Assembly: GCA_965208835.1 (NCBI GenBank)
Contig: OZ242358.1
Coordinates: forward strand, 4,096,001-4,160,000
DNA: 64,000 nt
Direction of reading: 5' to 3'
Source of the DNA: Candidatus Latescibacterota bacterium
GTDB taxonomy: Bacteria > Latescibacterota > UBA2968 > GCA-2709665
Shown here: piece after piece, positions 19,034 to 29,611 of the stretch
Position numbering within the stretch: position 1 is the first letter of the stretch
Layout of the letters: the number at the start of each line of letters is the position of its first letter
Notes under the pieces: generated by a model
Databases searched by the model: none
Seen by the model: only the letters and a program-made list of their open reading frames with translations
What the model was told of the DNA's origin: nothing
Translations under genes and position numbers: made by a program

Positions 19034-20724
19034 CGTTCGTTTCGGAGTTGTAATCTGCCGGTCCCGCCCGTGTCAAATATCACCACGCGGTCGTGGGTGC
19101 CCGTTTTGAGTACAAACTCGGCCTGTGTTGGGCCGTGAAACCGGGATTCGCCCCACTTCTTTCGTATGACCCCGGGGCCCAACCGCTTGCCGTTCGACCC
19201 ATACAGCAATCCGGCGTCCGCCTGTCCATGCGCCGAGAAATAGCCCCCGTTCCTGATTTCGATCCGCCAGTGCGCCGGACCCAGCCGCGTCACTTCGGTC
19301 TCAAATCCGCCGGGATCCGTAAGCCAGCAATGGTTCACGGCAACCACCGGGGTTTCCGATCCGCCGCGGACCGCCAACGCGTTGTGCAACCCGAATGCGT
19401 ACAGCGGTATCTCTCCGAGGCTACCCGACGGACTCAGAGCCGAAGGTACGTTCAGAACGTAGAGTGTTCCTCGGCTTTGCTGCGTAAGCGGCGCCAGGTT
19501 ATCCAGAACGCTCTCACTCAGGACAGAAGCTTCCCGCCAGAACCACCCCTCACGGGCAAGCACCAGGCCGTAATAGCCGATCAACGTTGCCAGAAGCAGG
19601 TTCCTGCAGCGCAGGACGGCCCGCCGGTCCGACTGCCAGGAAGCCCATACGTTCGCAATCGCAATGCAGAAAAACACGGAAGGCAGGTAGAGATACCACC
19701 GGTGAACCCTTCCCAGGACCGGCGCCAGGCTGGCCAGGGTCAGCCCGCCAAGGTACAACGTGTCCCGAAGCGCCTTGCGCGGCCGTCCGGACAACCAGAA
19801 CACGACGGCCGTCGCCGCCAGCAGGACAGCGCCGAAAAGCGGGAAGTCGGTCATCCCCATTTTCGCACCTGACTTGAGCAGGTCCAGGCCAAGCCCGGGC
19901 AGTGTCAGGTTTCGGTCAGGAATCCCGGAAAGTATCCCGCCCAGGACGATCCAACGCACAGACAGGTAGATTCCCATGGCAACGGCACAGCACACAAGCG
20001 CCCTGCGCGCGTTCAAGGAACGTACCGTCCTGTCGTAACAGAACAGGATCAACAGTACAACGGGCAGGGACAGTGCCATTTCCTTGGAAAAAAGAGCCAG
20101 CAGGGAACACAGGCCCGCACCCGCCAGCCGCCCCGGAGACTGGCGTTCCCGGTCGGCCAGAAACAGAAGCAGGGCGGAGAGGTAGAACAGCGCACAGACG
20201 GAGTCGGTGCGGCCCACAATCCAGAAAACCGTATCCGCATGGACGGGTAACACTAAGAAAAGAAAGAGCGCCGTCCAGGCGGCCAGGGCCCCGTTCAGCA
20301 GCCGCCGTGCCAGCAGATAGACAAGAACTCCGCAAAAGCAGTGGATCAATACGTTTACAATGTGATATGGAAGCGGATCGTAATCCGCAAACAGAAAGGT
20401 GCCGTAAAGCGTCAGGGTGACAACCGGACGATAATATCCACCGGCGCCGGCGAGCCCCGTCCAGCTGGTGGTGAGGATCGATTGTATCCCCTCCTCGCAC
20501 AGACGGAGGTGCCCCCAGTCGTCGTCCAGCAGTGACACGCCCGAAGACAGCCAGACGATCAAAGCCGCGATCAACCCGAACGACAGACAACCTGCGCAGA
20601 TCCATCCGATGGAACCGTGGTCCCGCAAGGCGCGACTCCCAAATAAAAAAACCGGCGTACGGCCAGCCCCGTCCGTTCCGACACTCGGGTTCGGACGGTC
20701 TAACGCCAGTTGACGACTTCTCAT
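19027..20724 (-). CDS. TMTC/DUF1736-like GT-C membrane glycosyltransferase
   Basis: LDDD, YYRPV, YHIVNVLIH, PVHADTVFWIVGRTD, LFSKE, YLYLP motifs with multiple TM helices. Start uncertain; the ORF-track start lies inside a repeat. Confidence 0.75.
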   Translation of the reverse strand: MRSRQLALDRPNPSVGTDGAGRTPVFLFGSRALRDHGSIGWICAGCLSFGLIAALIVWLSSGVSLLDDDWGHLRLCEEGIQSILTTSWTGLAGAGGYYRPVVTLTLYGTFLFADYDPLPYHIVNVLIHCFCGVLVYLLARRLLNGALAAWTALFLFLVLPVHADTVFWIVGRTDSVCALFYLSALLLFLADRERQSPGRLAGAGLCSLLALFSKEMALSLPVVLLILFCYDRTVRSLNARRALVCCAVAMGIYLSVRWIVLGGILSGIPDRNLTLPGLGLDLLKSGAKMGMTDFPLFGAVLLAATAVVFWLSGRPRKALRDTLYLGGLTLASLAPVLGRVHRWYLYLPSVFFCIAIANVWASWQSDRRAVLRCRNLLLATLIGYYGLVLAREGWFWREASVLSESVLDNLAPLTQQSRGTLYVLNVPSALSPSGSLGEIPLYAFGLHNALAVRGGSETPVVAVNHCWLTDPGGFETEVTRLGPAHWRIEIRNGGYFSAHGQADAGLLYGSNGKRLGPGVIRKKWGESRFHGPTQAEFVLKTGTHDRVVIFDTGGTGRLQLRNERW

Positions 20725-20805
20725 ATGTCGGATCGCGTCTCGCGAGCCGGAGGGGTGACTCCGGGCGCTACCGCAACCCTGGCGCGTGAACGCCGGGGAA
20801 GATGC

Positions 20806-20970
20806 AGTGTTCTGTCCCGGAAATAGGTTGCCTAAATTCGACCGTTGGGTCGCCCGGCTCGCAAGGCGCCTGAGCGCGGGCGACCTGCGCAAGGTCGGCG
20901 AGCGAAGACAACGCCGCGAGACGGGATGAATCGGGGGTCGAATGGTGAGGTATTTTCGGGATAGGACACT
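20806..20970 (+). mobile_element. MITE-like repeat family A, copy 1
   Basis: TIR AGTGTTCTGTCCCGGAAATA...TATTTTCGGGATAGGACACT; five full copies in the window. Confidence 0.85.
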
Positions 20971-21943
20971 ATGATTCGAAATAATTGATGATGCGCCGAA
21001 GGGTGTTGTCTAGGCTCATTTTCGGCTCGTAGTCCACGAACGATCTGATTTTGGAAAGATCCGGCACCCGATAGTTGAGGTCTTCGTACGATCCCTTTGC
21101 GAATGCCTTGTCGTAAGGCACGAATTCGACAGGGGCATCGCTTTCCGTCAGTGACTTGACTTTTTGTGCCAGATTGACAATGCTGGTTTCGTTGGTCTCG
21201 ACATTCCCGCCCAGATTGAAAATTTCACCCGGCGTGTCGGGATGTTCGGCCAGCGCAACCAGGCCGTCCAGAGCGTCTTCGATATCGGTAAAGCAGCGCC
21301 GCTGTTCCCCGTCGCCGTAAACGGTAATGGGGTGGCCAAGGAGCGCCTGCTTGACCATTCTCGGTACGACCATCCCGTAGTCCCCGGTCTGTCTGGGGCC
21401 AATAACGTTGAAGAACCGAACAATGAGCATCGGCAGTTTCTTTTCACGCCAATAGGACAGGCCCAGCATCTCGTCCACTGCCTTTGTCGTGGAGTAGATC
21501 CAGCGGTCGACAGTAATGGGACCGAGCAGCCGATCGTCGTTTTCCTGGAAAGAAACCTTGCCGTTCTTTTTCCCGTACACCTCGGACGTTGACGCGAGCA
21601 TGACGCGCTTCTTGTCTTTATTGGCGAGTTCCAGGACAATTTCGGTTCCGCGGATATTGGTTGTCAGGGAATGCAGCGGATTGTCAATGATGTAATTCAC
21701 ACCCACCGCGGCGGCCAGATGATAGATCGTATCGCACCACTCCACCAGCGGACGCAGCGTCTCCGACTCGAGTATCGTGCCAACCTTTATGTTGAACCGC
21801 GCGTTGGACTCCAGGTGGTGAATATTGTTGTAATCTCCGGTGGAAAGATCGTCCAGTACGGCAACCTCGTCGCCACGTCTCAAATGCCGTTCGGCCAAAT
21901 GTGATCCAATAAACCCCGCCCCGCCGGTAATCAGCACCTTCAT
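20969..21943 (-). CDS. NAD-dependent nucleotide-sugar epimerase/dehydratase
   Basis: GGAGFIG, STSEVYG, YSTTK and RFFNVIGPRQ motifs. Confidence 0.93.
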   Translation of the reverse strand: MKVLITGGAGFIGSHLAERHLRRGDEVAVLDDLSTGDYNNIHHLESNARFNIKVGTILESETLRPLVEWCDTIYHLAAAVGVNYIIDNPLHSLTTNIRGTEIVLELANKDKKRVMLASTSEVYGKKNGKVSFQENDDRLLGPITVDRWIYSTTKAVDEMLGLSYWREKKLPMLIVRFFNVIGPRQTGDYGMVVPRMVKQALLGHPITVYGDGEQRRCFTDIEDALDGLVALAEHPDTPGEIFNLGGNVETNETSIVNLAQKVKSLTESDAPVEFVPYDKAFAKGSYEDLNYRVPDLSKIRSFVDYEPKMSLDNTLRRIINYFES

Positions 21944-23163
21944 GCGTACTTCCCTTCCCAGCAGTCACCCGGAGAACCGCCTCCGGCCCGCTTGTTTTCG
22001 GATAACTTATAATAGAGGTGGCTGAAATCTTGCGCCAATCGCGCTAACCCGTATGATTCAACGACCTTACGCCGCTCTTCGTCGGCAATTCCCCGCCGTT
22101 CCCGTAACGCTCGCAGTATCCCGCCGGTGAGCGCATCGGGGTCACCGGGCGCGACCATCAGGCCAATCCGTTCGCTACGAAGCAGATCGGGCACACCGCC
22201 CACCCTGGAGGCAACCACGTAACATCCGGAGGCCACCGACTCCAGCAACGCTACCGGCAATCCCTCGTGATGTGAAGACAGCACCGAAAGATCAAGGGAA
22301 CCATATATTCGCGCCATGTCGTTGCGAAAACCCGTAAACCGTACCCTGCCATTGAGCATTCGCGTACGCGCAATGGACTCGAGTTCTGCCCGCAGTTCCC
22401 CGTCGCCAATCACGACGAAACGGACATCCGGCACGACCCCGGCAACCTGTTCGGCGGCAGCCAGGAAGATGTCGACGCCCTTGATAGGCACAAGCCGCGC
22501 CACAATTCCGACAAGCCTTGTCGAAGCGCCGAAACCCAGTTCCTCGCGGAAACCCGCGTCGCATCGCCGGTGGTTCAGAAACGGCTCAAGATCCACGCCC
22601 AATGGAACGGTGCGAATGCGGGCAGGCGCCGCGATACGATCCGCCAGAAGTTCATCGCGTTGCAGTTCCGAGACGGCAACCAGGACATCGGTGCGACGGG
22701 CGAGCAGCCTCTCGACAAGCACGATCAGTCTGGTCTTCCAGGCCGAAAAATAGCCTCTGAAGACCAGGCCGTGAAACGTATGCAGCGTTACCGGTACTCC
22801 TGCCAGCCATGCCGCGATTCGACCGACAACGCCTGCCTTCGACTTGTGAGTGTGGACAATCGCCGGGCGAACACGTCTCAACAAACGATACAGCGCGACG
22901 AGCACCATGAAATCGCGAATCGGAACAATCGCACGGCTGAACCCCCGAACCTCCAGAGGTTGAATTCCGGAACGACGGATAACGTCTTCCATTTCGGCTT
23001 CGCCGGGCGCCACCTGGCCCTTGACCACAATGGAACGATATCCCCGTGTTTCCAGCGCCCGGGAAAGAAAGAGCAGATAGGGCGTAGGCCCGCCAACGTT
23101 AAGACGATCGATAATTTGAACCAGTTGAATCGGCGAACGCGCGCGGGATGGATCCGCTGGCAA
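21940..23163 (-). CDS. Glycosyltransferase family 4
   Basis: VHTHKSKAG, VARLVPIKG, EGLPVALLE, VGGVPD. Confidence 0.92.
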   Translation of the reverse strand: MPADPSRARSPIQLVQIIDRLNVGGPTPYLLFLSRALETRGYRSIVVKGQVAPGEAEMEDVIRRSGIQPLEVRGFSRAIVPIRDFMVLVALYRLLRRVRPAIVHTHKSKAGVVGRIAAWLAGVPVTLHTFHGLVFRGYFSAWKTRLIVLVERLLARRTDVLVAVSELQRDELLADRIAAPARIRTVPLGVDLEPFLNHRRCDAGFREELGFGASTRLVGIVARLVPIKGVDIFLAAAEQVAGVVPDVRFVVIGDGELRAELESIARTRMLNGRVRFTGFRNDMARIYGSLDLSVLSSHHEGLPVALLESVASGCYVVASRVGGVPDLLRSERIGLMVAPGDPDALTGGILRALRERRGIADEERRKVVESYGLARLAQDFSHLYYKLSENKRAGGGSPGDCWEGKYA

Positions 23164-23284
23164 GCCGACTCCACAGATGGAACCACCACGATCGGATTGG
23201 ATAAACGGGCTCCGACGCCGGAATCAGCGATTCAAATATACACACCCTGTGATAAACCGGCAATGTAAAAGTTAATTTGCAATT

Positions 23285-23449
23285 ATTGTTCTGTCCCGGA
23301 AATAAGTTGCCAAAATTCGGCCGTCGAGTCGCCCGTCTCGCAAGGCGCCAGAGCGGAGGCGACCTGCGTAAGGTCGGCGAGCGAAGGCAACGCCGCGAGA
23401 CGGGATGAATCGGCGGCCGAATGGTGAGATATTTTCGGGACAGGACATT
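23285..23449 (+). mobile_element. MITE-like repeat family A, copy 2
   Basis: Near-identical to 20806-20970. Confidence 0.85.
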
Positions 23450-23543
23450 GATAAGTGAATCGAATAAATGCGGGCGGGCGCCTGAGGCGCGCGCCGCGTT
23501 CGTTCGGCAGGCTCGCAATCGAAACAGGAGCGCCGATGTCCGC

Positions 23544-24632
23544 TCATGCCTGCGCCGGGGCTGCCGAATTCAGGATCCGCAACAGTCTCCTGCTGCTCCG
23601 ATTCAGGGAATAACGCGCTTCCATTCTTGCCCGTCCGGCCTTACCCAACCGATGCCGAAGCGCCCGATCCTGAATCAGCCGTTCGAGGCAGGACACCCAT
23701 TCGTCGTGGGTGCCTGCACAGAAACCATTGACGCCGTCTTCCACGATTTCGCGGTTAATGCCCACCGGGCTGCTCACGGCCGGAATACCCAACGAGAGGT
23801 ATTGCAACAGCTTGTACCCCCCCTTTCCCCGGGTCCACGGATCGTCGGGCAGAGGCATCAGACCGATATCAATGCCGCGCAGGTCCTGAACCTCGGTTTC
23901 CAGAGACCAGGGGCGCCATTCCATTGGCACGGCATTCGTGTGAAAACCGCCTTCGCCGATCAGGCAGAGCCGGAGATTGTGGTGCCGGACGCCCAACTCG
24001 GCCAGAGGCCCACGGATGAGTTCCAGATACGGGGCGGACGTATAGCTCCCAATCCAGCCGAGAACCACGCCTTCGCACTCCTCGACCGCTCTGCCGGGTG
24101 AATACCGCTCCGTGTCAATCGGTCCGGTGATGATCGATACCCTGGGGCAATATCGTTCAGCATACGCGGCCGTGTAGGTGTTTTCGACGAGAGCCCTGGA
24201 CGCGGCGCGAAGCATTCTTGCCAACCCCCGCGAGTGGTGCCACGTTCGGAGCCGCGCCATCCAGTCTTCACCGGGTGCCTCGGTGGTAAAAATCGCGTCG
24301 TCGAAATCGAAGATGACCTTCCTTGAAAACCGACGCAACAGCCAGGCAATGGGTGCACTGAAAAAAACCCGCTGTACAAACACGACGTGGTACCGGGGTG
24401 CAGACCGGAGGGTGCGCAACCCGGCCAGGAGCGAACACCACCACACCCAGGCATAGTGGACCAGGCGCCCGAATCCTCTCTTCGAGTATGTCCAGGTGGA
24501 TATCCGATCGGGCAAAACAATCGACACGTCGGCTTGTACGCCATTGGCCTTAAGGAAGGGGAGATAATCGAATACACGTGTACGGCTGGCGGCAAACCGG
24601 GGCCCGGTGAGCGCGACAAAAAAAACTCTCAA
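23544..24632 (-). CDS. Glycosyltransferase family 4
   Basis: IFDFDDAIF, GWIGS, DIGLMPL..GKGGYKLLQY..SPVG. Confidence 0.92.
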   Translation of the reverse strand: MRVFFVALTGPRFAASRTRVFDYLPFLKANGVQADVSIVLPDRISTWTYSKRGFGRLVHYAWVWWCSLLAGLRTLRSAPRYHVVFVQRVFFSAPIAWLLRRFSRKVIFDFDDAIFTTEAPGEDWMARLRTWHHSRGLARMLRAASRALVENTYTAAYAERYCPRVSIITGPIDTERYSPGRAVEECEGVVLGWIGSYTSAPYLELIRGPLAELGVRHHNLRLCLIGEGGFHTNAVPMEWRPWSLETEVQDLRGIDIGLMPLPDDPWTRGKGGYKLLQYLSLGIPAVSSPVGINREIVEDGVNGFCAGTHDEWVSCLERLIQDRALRHRLGKAGRARMEARYSLNRSSRRLLRILNSAAPAQA

Positions 24633-24697
24633 GGCGGGAGGACTCCTTCAATATAAACACAGGATTTCAGGGAATCAATGGAAAACAGCGCGATTGG

Positions 24698-24843
24698 CAG
24701 TCCGTTGATAAAGCCGCTCTGCAGGCGAGGCCGAAGACAAGGCGCGCCACCGAGTCCCATCCTGCGATTCGGCGAGGGCGCGCAACGCAGTATTTCGACC
24801 GCAAGGGCCGGCCGCAGCCCGGATGGGCTCTTTCAACGGGCTG
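24698..24843 (-). mobile_element. MITE-like repeat family B, copy 2 (inverted)
   Basis: Close to the reverse complement of 53664-53809. Confidence 0.8.
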
Positions 24844-24860
24844 TCAGGGGTAACCCGCAG

Positions 24861-25709
24861 TCAGGTTGCAAGCCACGATTCGGGTGAATGCCGATCGAGA
24901 AGATCGAACAACCTGCGGTTTTCTTCCTGATAGAGTCCGTGCAAATGTCGAAGGACCGGCTTGCTGGGAAGATAATCGCTCTCCGGCAGGAGGCGCCCGA
25001 GGACATTTGTCAACGGAGACAGGAACGGGAAATAATAGCGGGCTATCAGGTGTAATTTGCAACCGTTGAATCGATTGACCTTCTGCGCCATTCCCGAAAA
25101 CCGGAAAGCGTCGTCGATATCCAGAAAAGCACAGACCTTCTTCAAGCCCTCGTTCGGCCGTTGCACGATATCCTCTTCAAAGAAGAGTACCAGTATTTGA
25201 TCCCGTCTGAAGAGTTTCAGATAAGAGCTGAGCAATGTGAAGAACCGCCCCACCTCGAAAACTCCGAAACTGTCGAGCAGGGCGGATTTTTCGCCTGTTA
25301 GCAAATCGTCCATTCGATGCAGTGGAGAAATCCGGCCGGTCCTTATCAGATGCTTTACCGCTGAGACCGCCCGATCCACTGGATTCTTGAGGGTAACGAT
25401 CAGTTTCACGTCGGGCAGATGTCCGTGGATATGCCGGTGCACATCCGGCATGTGGCCTTCGCCTCCCCTTCCGTCGGCCCAGAAGTAATCCGGCGTTTTT
25501 TCACCCACACGTCTTCTGTCTTCCGCCCCTTCGAAATGACTGATATACCAGTCCATCCCCTTTTCGTAATTTCCGGCCTTGTCGAAGAAATGTATCTCCT
25601 GATCGGGCATGTACACATCGGGGTGCTGCCGCAGCATGGCGGCCAGCCACGTCGTGCCGCATTTCTGGGCGCCGATAATCAGGAAATCCGGCAATCGAGC
25701 CATATCCAC
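24861..25709 (-). CDS. PAPS-dependent sulfotransferase
   Basis: 5'-PSB PDFLIIGAQKCGTT; EIHFFD; GEKTPDY; 3'-PB KNPVDRAVS. Confidence 0.92.
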   Translation of the reverse strand: MDMARLPDFLIIGAQKCGTTWLAAMLRQHPDVYMPDQEIHFFDKAGNYEKGMDWYISHFEGAEDRRRVGEKTPDYFWADGRGGEGHMPDVHRHIHGHLPDVKLIVTLKNPVDRAVSAVKHLIRTGRISPLHRMDDLLTGEKSALLDSFGVFEVGRFFTLLSSYLKLFRRDQILVLFFEEDIVQRPNEGLKKVCAFLDIDDAFRFSGMAQKVNRFNGCKLHLIARYYFPFLSPLTNVLGRLLPESDYLPSKPVLRHLHGLYQEENRRLFDLLDRHSPESWLAT

Positions 25710-25727
25710 ATCCTTCCGGCCAGCTTA

Positions 25728-25945
25728 GAAGCTGTCTTAAAACCCCCGGCGGTCTTCGCGCGGCTGCAAAAGCCTCGGTCTGCGTTGGCCAAATCCACCC
25801 GTCCTACGAGATCGAGGCTGCGCTTGCTCGCCTCTCATAGGCGAATTTGCCCGTCGGCGCTGCGCGCCCCTCGCGCCCCTCGTGCCTCTGAACCGACACA
25901 TTTTCGCGCGCGCTAGGGACTCGCCGGGAATTTTAAAACAACCTC
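25728..25945 (+). mobile_element. MITE-like repeat family C, copy 1 (TTA target duplication)
   Basis: TIR GAAGCTGTCTTAAAA...TTTTAAAACAACCTC, flanked by TTA on both sides. Confidence 0.85.
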
Positions 25946-25985
25946 TTAGAAAGCCCGTCCGGTCCGCGCCTGCAGATCGATTTTT

Positions 25986-27440
25986 CTAACGCCGGATCAA
26001 TCCGGCCAGACGAATTGCCTCAGCGGCGGTCTCTTTCGATAAAAAACGGAAGGCGAGCGGATAGGCAATCGCACCCGCAACAGCGCAGGACGCAATCAAC
26101 GCGAAATCGGGCAGTACGCCAATCACCAGCCACTTGTATCCGGCCACCACCCCTGCCATCAGTGCACTGCTCAACGCGGCGGGATACAATGCCTTGAGGT
26201 ACTCTCCAAATGCAATCCTGGCCAGCCGGTTCACGATGCCCTGCGAGGCCGCGGTCAGGACCAACACACCGAGGCTTGCAGCCGCCGCTGCTCCCGTTAT
26301 CCCCCCGGAGATGCCCAACCAAAGGGCCGCAAGCATAAAGATGGCGCCGGCGACATTCCAGATCAGCGCCAGCCCGGTACGGCCCACGGCGGAAAAGACC
26401 AACCCGGCGGGAGAAGCGATAGCACGAAGCGCTCCGGCCGGACTGAGCAACTGAAGGACAACCGCCGCGGGGGCCATCTTCGGCTCAAACAGCAAGACGA
26501 CGCCTGGATGCGCCAAAAGGAAAAATCCCGCCATAACAGGGAACACAAGCACGGCGACGTATTTCACCGTGGAGAGATAGGCCCGGCCGAGCCGGGCGAC
26601 ATCGTCCTGGAGAGCGGAGAAAGCCGGAAACGTCACCTTTGCTACGGCCTGAACCACGCGGGTCTGTGGAAATGCGATGAGGCGGTACGCCAGTCCGTAG
26701 TAGCCCAGCGCTTCAATCCCAAGGAATCTGCCGATTAGAAGATAGTCCAGGTTCTGCTGGACATAACCCACCATCCTTGAACCCGTCCACTTGCCTCCGA
26801 ACCCGAGCAATACACGGGCGTCCGCAACGCTGATGGAGCGGACAGGGTTGATGGGGCAGAAAAACCAGGGCCCCAAACCCAGAACGGCGTGGCGGACCAC
26901 AAAAGCCCAGACCAGACTCCACACCTCGAATCCCGATAGCGACAGCGACGCCATCGTAATTCCGCTCGAAAACGCCGCACAGACATCCAGGATTGCCAAC
27001 TGTCCGAAACGAAACGTGCGCTCCATCCGGGCCCGGGGAACGGTTCCAATCCCGGTGAATACGAGCACCGAGGCCATTGTCGGGAGAACGGCCGATACCT
27101 GTGGGCCGTCAAAAAAAAGCCCGCCCCAGAAGCGGGCGGTCAGATAGAGGAGGGCGGCCAGCGAACAGGAGATGAACAGTCCCATCCAGAATGCCGCGGC
27201 CAGATGCGCTTCCCGCGCATCCCGCTTCTGAATGAGAGCTCTCCCGAGACCCATTTCCGAGGCCAGTATGCCCAACCCCACAATTGTGGCTGCGGCGACC
27301 TCCGTACCGAAAGCCCGGGACGGTTCGCTCAGATGCCGCACCACCAACCCCAGCGCGCCCACCTGAATCAGATAGCCGGCGCCCTGCGCCAGGCCGGTCC
27401 ACGAGAAACCCCGGACAGTTGTGCGACGCAGGTCGGTCAT
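25986..27440 (-). CDS. wzx: Wzx-family polysaccharide flippase
   Basis: MGLGRALIQK, GFEVWSLV, NLDYLLIGRFLGIEALGYY, VTFPAFSALQDD; many TM helices. Start set at MTDLRR. Confidence 0.9.
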   Translation of the reverse strand: MTDLRRTTVRGFSWTGLAQGAGYLIQVGALGLVVRHLSEPSRAFGTEVAAATIVGLGILASEMGLGRALIQKRDAREAHLAAAFWMGLFISCSLAALLYLTARFWGGLFFDGPQVSAVLPTMASVLVFTGIGTVPRARMERTFRFGQLAILDVCAAFSSGITMASLSLSGFEVWSLVWAFVVRHAVLGLGPWFFCPINPVRSISVADARVLLGFGGKWTGSRMVGYVQQNLDYLLIGRFLGIEALGYYGLAYRLIAFPQTRVVQAVAKVTFPAFSALQDDVARLGRAYLSTVKYVAVLVFPVMAGFFLLAHPGVVLLFEPKMAPAAVVLQLLSPAGALRAIASPAGLVFSAVGRTGLALIWNVAGAIFMLAALWLGISGGITGAAAAASLGVLVLTAASQGIVNRLARIAFGEYLKALYPAALSSALMAGVVAGYKWLVIGVLPDFALIASCAVAGAIAYPLAFRFLSKETAAEAIRLAGLIRR

Positions 27441-27477
27441 CCGGCCTCTCCTGCAAAGCAACGCCTCCAACAGTCTG

Positions 27478-28494
27478 CTATGCGGTCTCCACGCGGGCCA
27501 ACCGTACGCCGGTCCAAACCGCCGCGGCGATCACACAAGCAAGAATTGTTACGACAATCACGGGCGACACCACAGCCGCAACGATTCCGGACAGGGCCAG
27601 AAGCCCGCCCGCGAGATGAATTCTCCGAACCGCGCCCCTGACGGAATATCCCATCCGGACCAGCCGCTGCGCGACGTGATCACGGCTCGCCTTCATCACG
27701 GGCAAGCCCTTCCTCTTTCTCACGATACACAGGAACACGGCTTCGAAACAGGGCACCCCCAGCACCATAATCGTACAGATTTCACCCTGCACGCCCGGCA
27801 TCGCCCTGGAAATCTCCACCGACATTGCGCCAAGCACAAATCCTGCAAAAAGACTGCCGGCGTCGCCCATATAGACTCGTGCGGGATGGGCGTTGTAAAC
27901 CAGAAAACCCAAAAACCCTCCCGCCAGGCTGGCGCCGAGAATCACAACCGTCGCCGCACCGCCGACCAGACCCAGACCCGCCAGGCCAATAGCGGCTATT
28001 GCGCCGGCGCCCGCGGAAAGACCGTCCATCATATCGAGCACGTTAAACGCGTTGCACATCCAGACCAGCCAGACGCCGGTCAGTACGGCGTCGACGACCG
28101 TACTGCCCGTTGTGTCGAATCGAAGTCCGCTCCCGACCGCAATAACCACCGTGAAGATCTGAAAGCCAAGCTTTTGAAAGGGCGAAAGCGGCCATTTGTC
28201 GTCGACGAATCCGATGGCGCCCATTCCCAGGGCGCCGATCCACAGACCCACCGGAAACGACAGCGGCGCAAAGGGAAGCAGCAATAGGGTGGCGATCGCG
28301 ATGGCCACGCCGCCGATCGGAGGAACCGACTCCGCACCGTTTCCGCCGCCGCAATTCGACCACGAGGCGCGTAGGGCGGCGGCACGAAGAAGCGGTGTCA
28401 ACAACAGAGCGCTTCCGAAACCAAATGCGAGGAAAAGAGCGGATGACAACACGGCGTACTTTCTACTTGAGAGCGGGGTCAGTGCCGGAGTCAC
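27478..28494 (-). CDS. MraY/WecA-family polyprenyl-phosphate sugar-1-phosphate transferase
   Basis: PPIGG, GFVDD, NAFNVLDMMDGL, YMGDAGS, DHVAQRL. Confidence 0.92.
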   Translation of the reverse strand: MTPALTPLSSRKYAVLSSALFLAFGFGSALLLTPLLRAAALRASWSNCGGGNGAESVPPIGGVAIAIATLLLLPFAPLSFPVGLWIGALGMGAIGFVDDKWPLSPFQKLGFQIFTVVIAVGSGLRFDTTGSTVVDAVLTGVWLVWMCNAFNVLDMMDGLSAGAGAIAAIGLAGLGLVGGAATVVILGASLAGGFLGFLVYNAHPARVYMGDAGSLFAGFVLGAMSVEISRAMPGVQGEICTIMVLGVPCFEAVFLCIVRKRKGLPVMKASRDHVAQRLVRMGYSVRGAVRRIHLAGGLLALSGIVAAVVSPVIVVTILACVIAAAVWTGVRLARVETA

Positions 28495-28495
28495 G

Positions 28496-29611
28496 TCAAC
28501 CGGGTTGAAAGCTCCGAACAGCGTCGATAACCTGCGCCACGTCTTTGTCGGTCATGGACGGATAGAGCGGAAGCGTCACCAGATCACGCCACACCGACTC
28601 GGTTACCGGCAGTGCGCAACGATAGGGTTCGTGGATCGGATAGAGATGGTTCGGATAATAATGTACGCTGGAATCGACATCCCGCCCGTGCAGATGGGCC
28701 ACAAGATTGTCTCTGTCCGCCGCGCGAGGCACGTAGGCATGGAAGGCGCTGCGCGCGTATGGCGCAATCAAGGGCGTTTGAAGCCACGCCAGATCGGAAA
28801 ACGCCCTGTTGTATTGCAAGACGATTTCGCGTCGCTGGGCGTTTGCCGACTCGAGCCTCGCCAGCTGGACCAGACCGATTGCCGCATTCAGATCGTTCAT
28901 ATAGAACTTGTGACCCACTTCAGTCACTTCGTACAACCAGCGCTTCTGCTGCGGCCCCGCGGTAAATCGGTCCCAGGTACCCTGCGGGATGCCCATCCAG
29001 CTGAGCCGTTTGAGTCGCTCGGCCAACTGCGCATCGCTGGTGGTCAGCATACCACCATCGCAGGTCGTCAGGTTCTTCTGCGCCTGGAAGCTGAAACACC
29101 CGATCGTGCCCAATCCGCCAACCATCCGGCCCTTGTACCTGGCGCCGCAGGCGTGGGCGGCATCCTCCACAATCGGAATGTCCCGGGACGCGGCGATCTC
29201 CAGAATCGGGTCCACGTCGCACGGATGGCCACTGTGATGAACAACCATTATTGCAGCCGTCTTATCCGAAATCCGCCGTGCCACGCAATCCGGGTCCAGG
29301 TTCAAAGTATCCGGATCGATGTCGCAAAAGACGGGAGTAGCCCCGTTCTGCAGAATGGCATGGTTGGTAGCGACAAAGGTCATGGATGTGGTAATGACCT
29401 CGCGGCCCTCCACGCCCAGCACCTTGAGCGCCAGCAGCAATGCCGACGAACACGAATTCACGCTGACTGCGAATGACGTCCCGATATACTCGGCAAACCG
29501 TTTTTCGAAGGCTGCGGCCTTCGTGCCTGCCCCCACCCAGCCGGACAGCATCACCTCCCGAACCGCCGCTACTTCCTCTTCGTCGAAACAGGCCCGCCAG
29601 ATGGGAATCAT
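28496..29611 (-). CDS. DegT/DnrJ/EryC1/StrS sugar aminotransferase
   Basis: VEDAAHA, FSFQAQKNLTTCDGG; ATGA overlap with the upstream gene. Confidence 0.94.
   Translation of the reverse strand: MIPIWRACFDEEEVAAVREVMLSGWVGAGTKAAAFEKRFAEYIGTSFAVSVNSCSSALLLALKVLGVEGREVITTSMTFVATNHAILQNGATPVFCDIDPDTLNLDPDCVARRISDKTAAIMVVHHSGHPCDVDPILEIAASRDIPIVEDAAHACGARYKGRMVGGLGTIGCFSFQAQKNLTTCDGGMLTTSDAQLAERLKRLSWMGIPQGTWDRFTAGPQQKRWLYEVTEVGHKFYMNDLNAAIGLVQLARLESANAQRREIVLQYNRAFSDLAWLQTPLIAPYARSAFHAYVPRAADRDNLVAHLHGRDVDSSVHYYPNHLYPIHEPYRCALPVTESVWRDLVTLPLYPSMTDKDVAQVIDAVRSFQPG

Noticed and set aside
20725-20892. ORF extensions and small ORFs within repeats (also 12880-13233, 40643-40732, 56570-56970, 61137-61187)
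   Set aside because: They are translations of MITE sequence, with the same peptide recurring at each copy.
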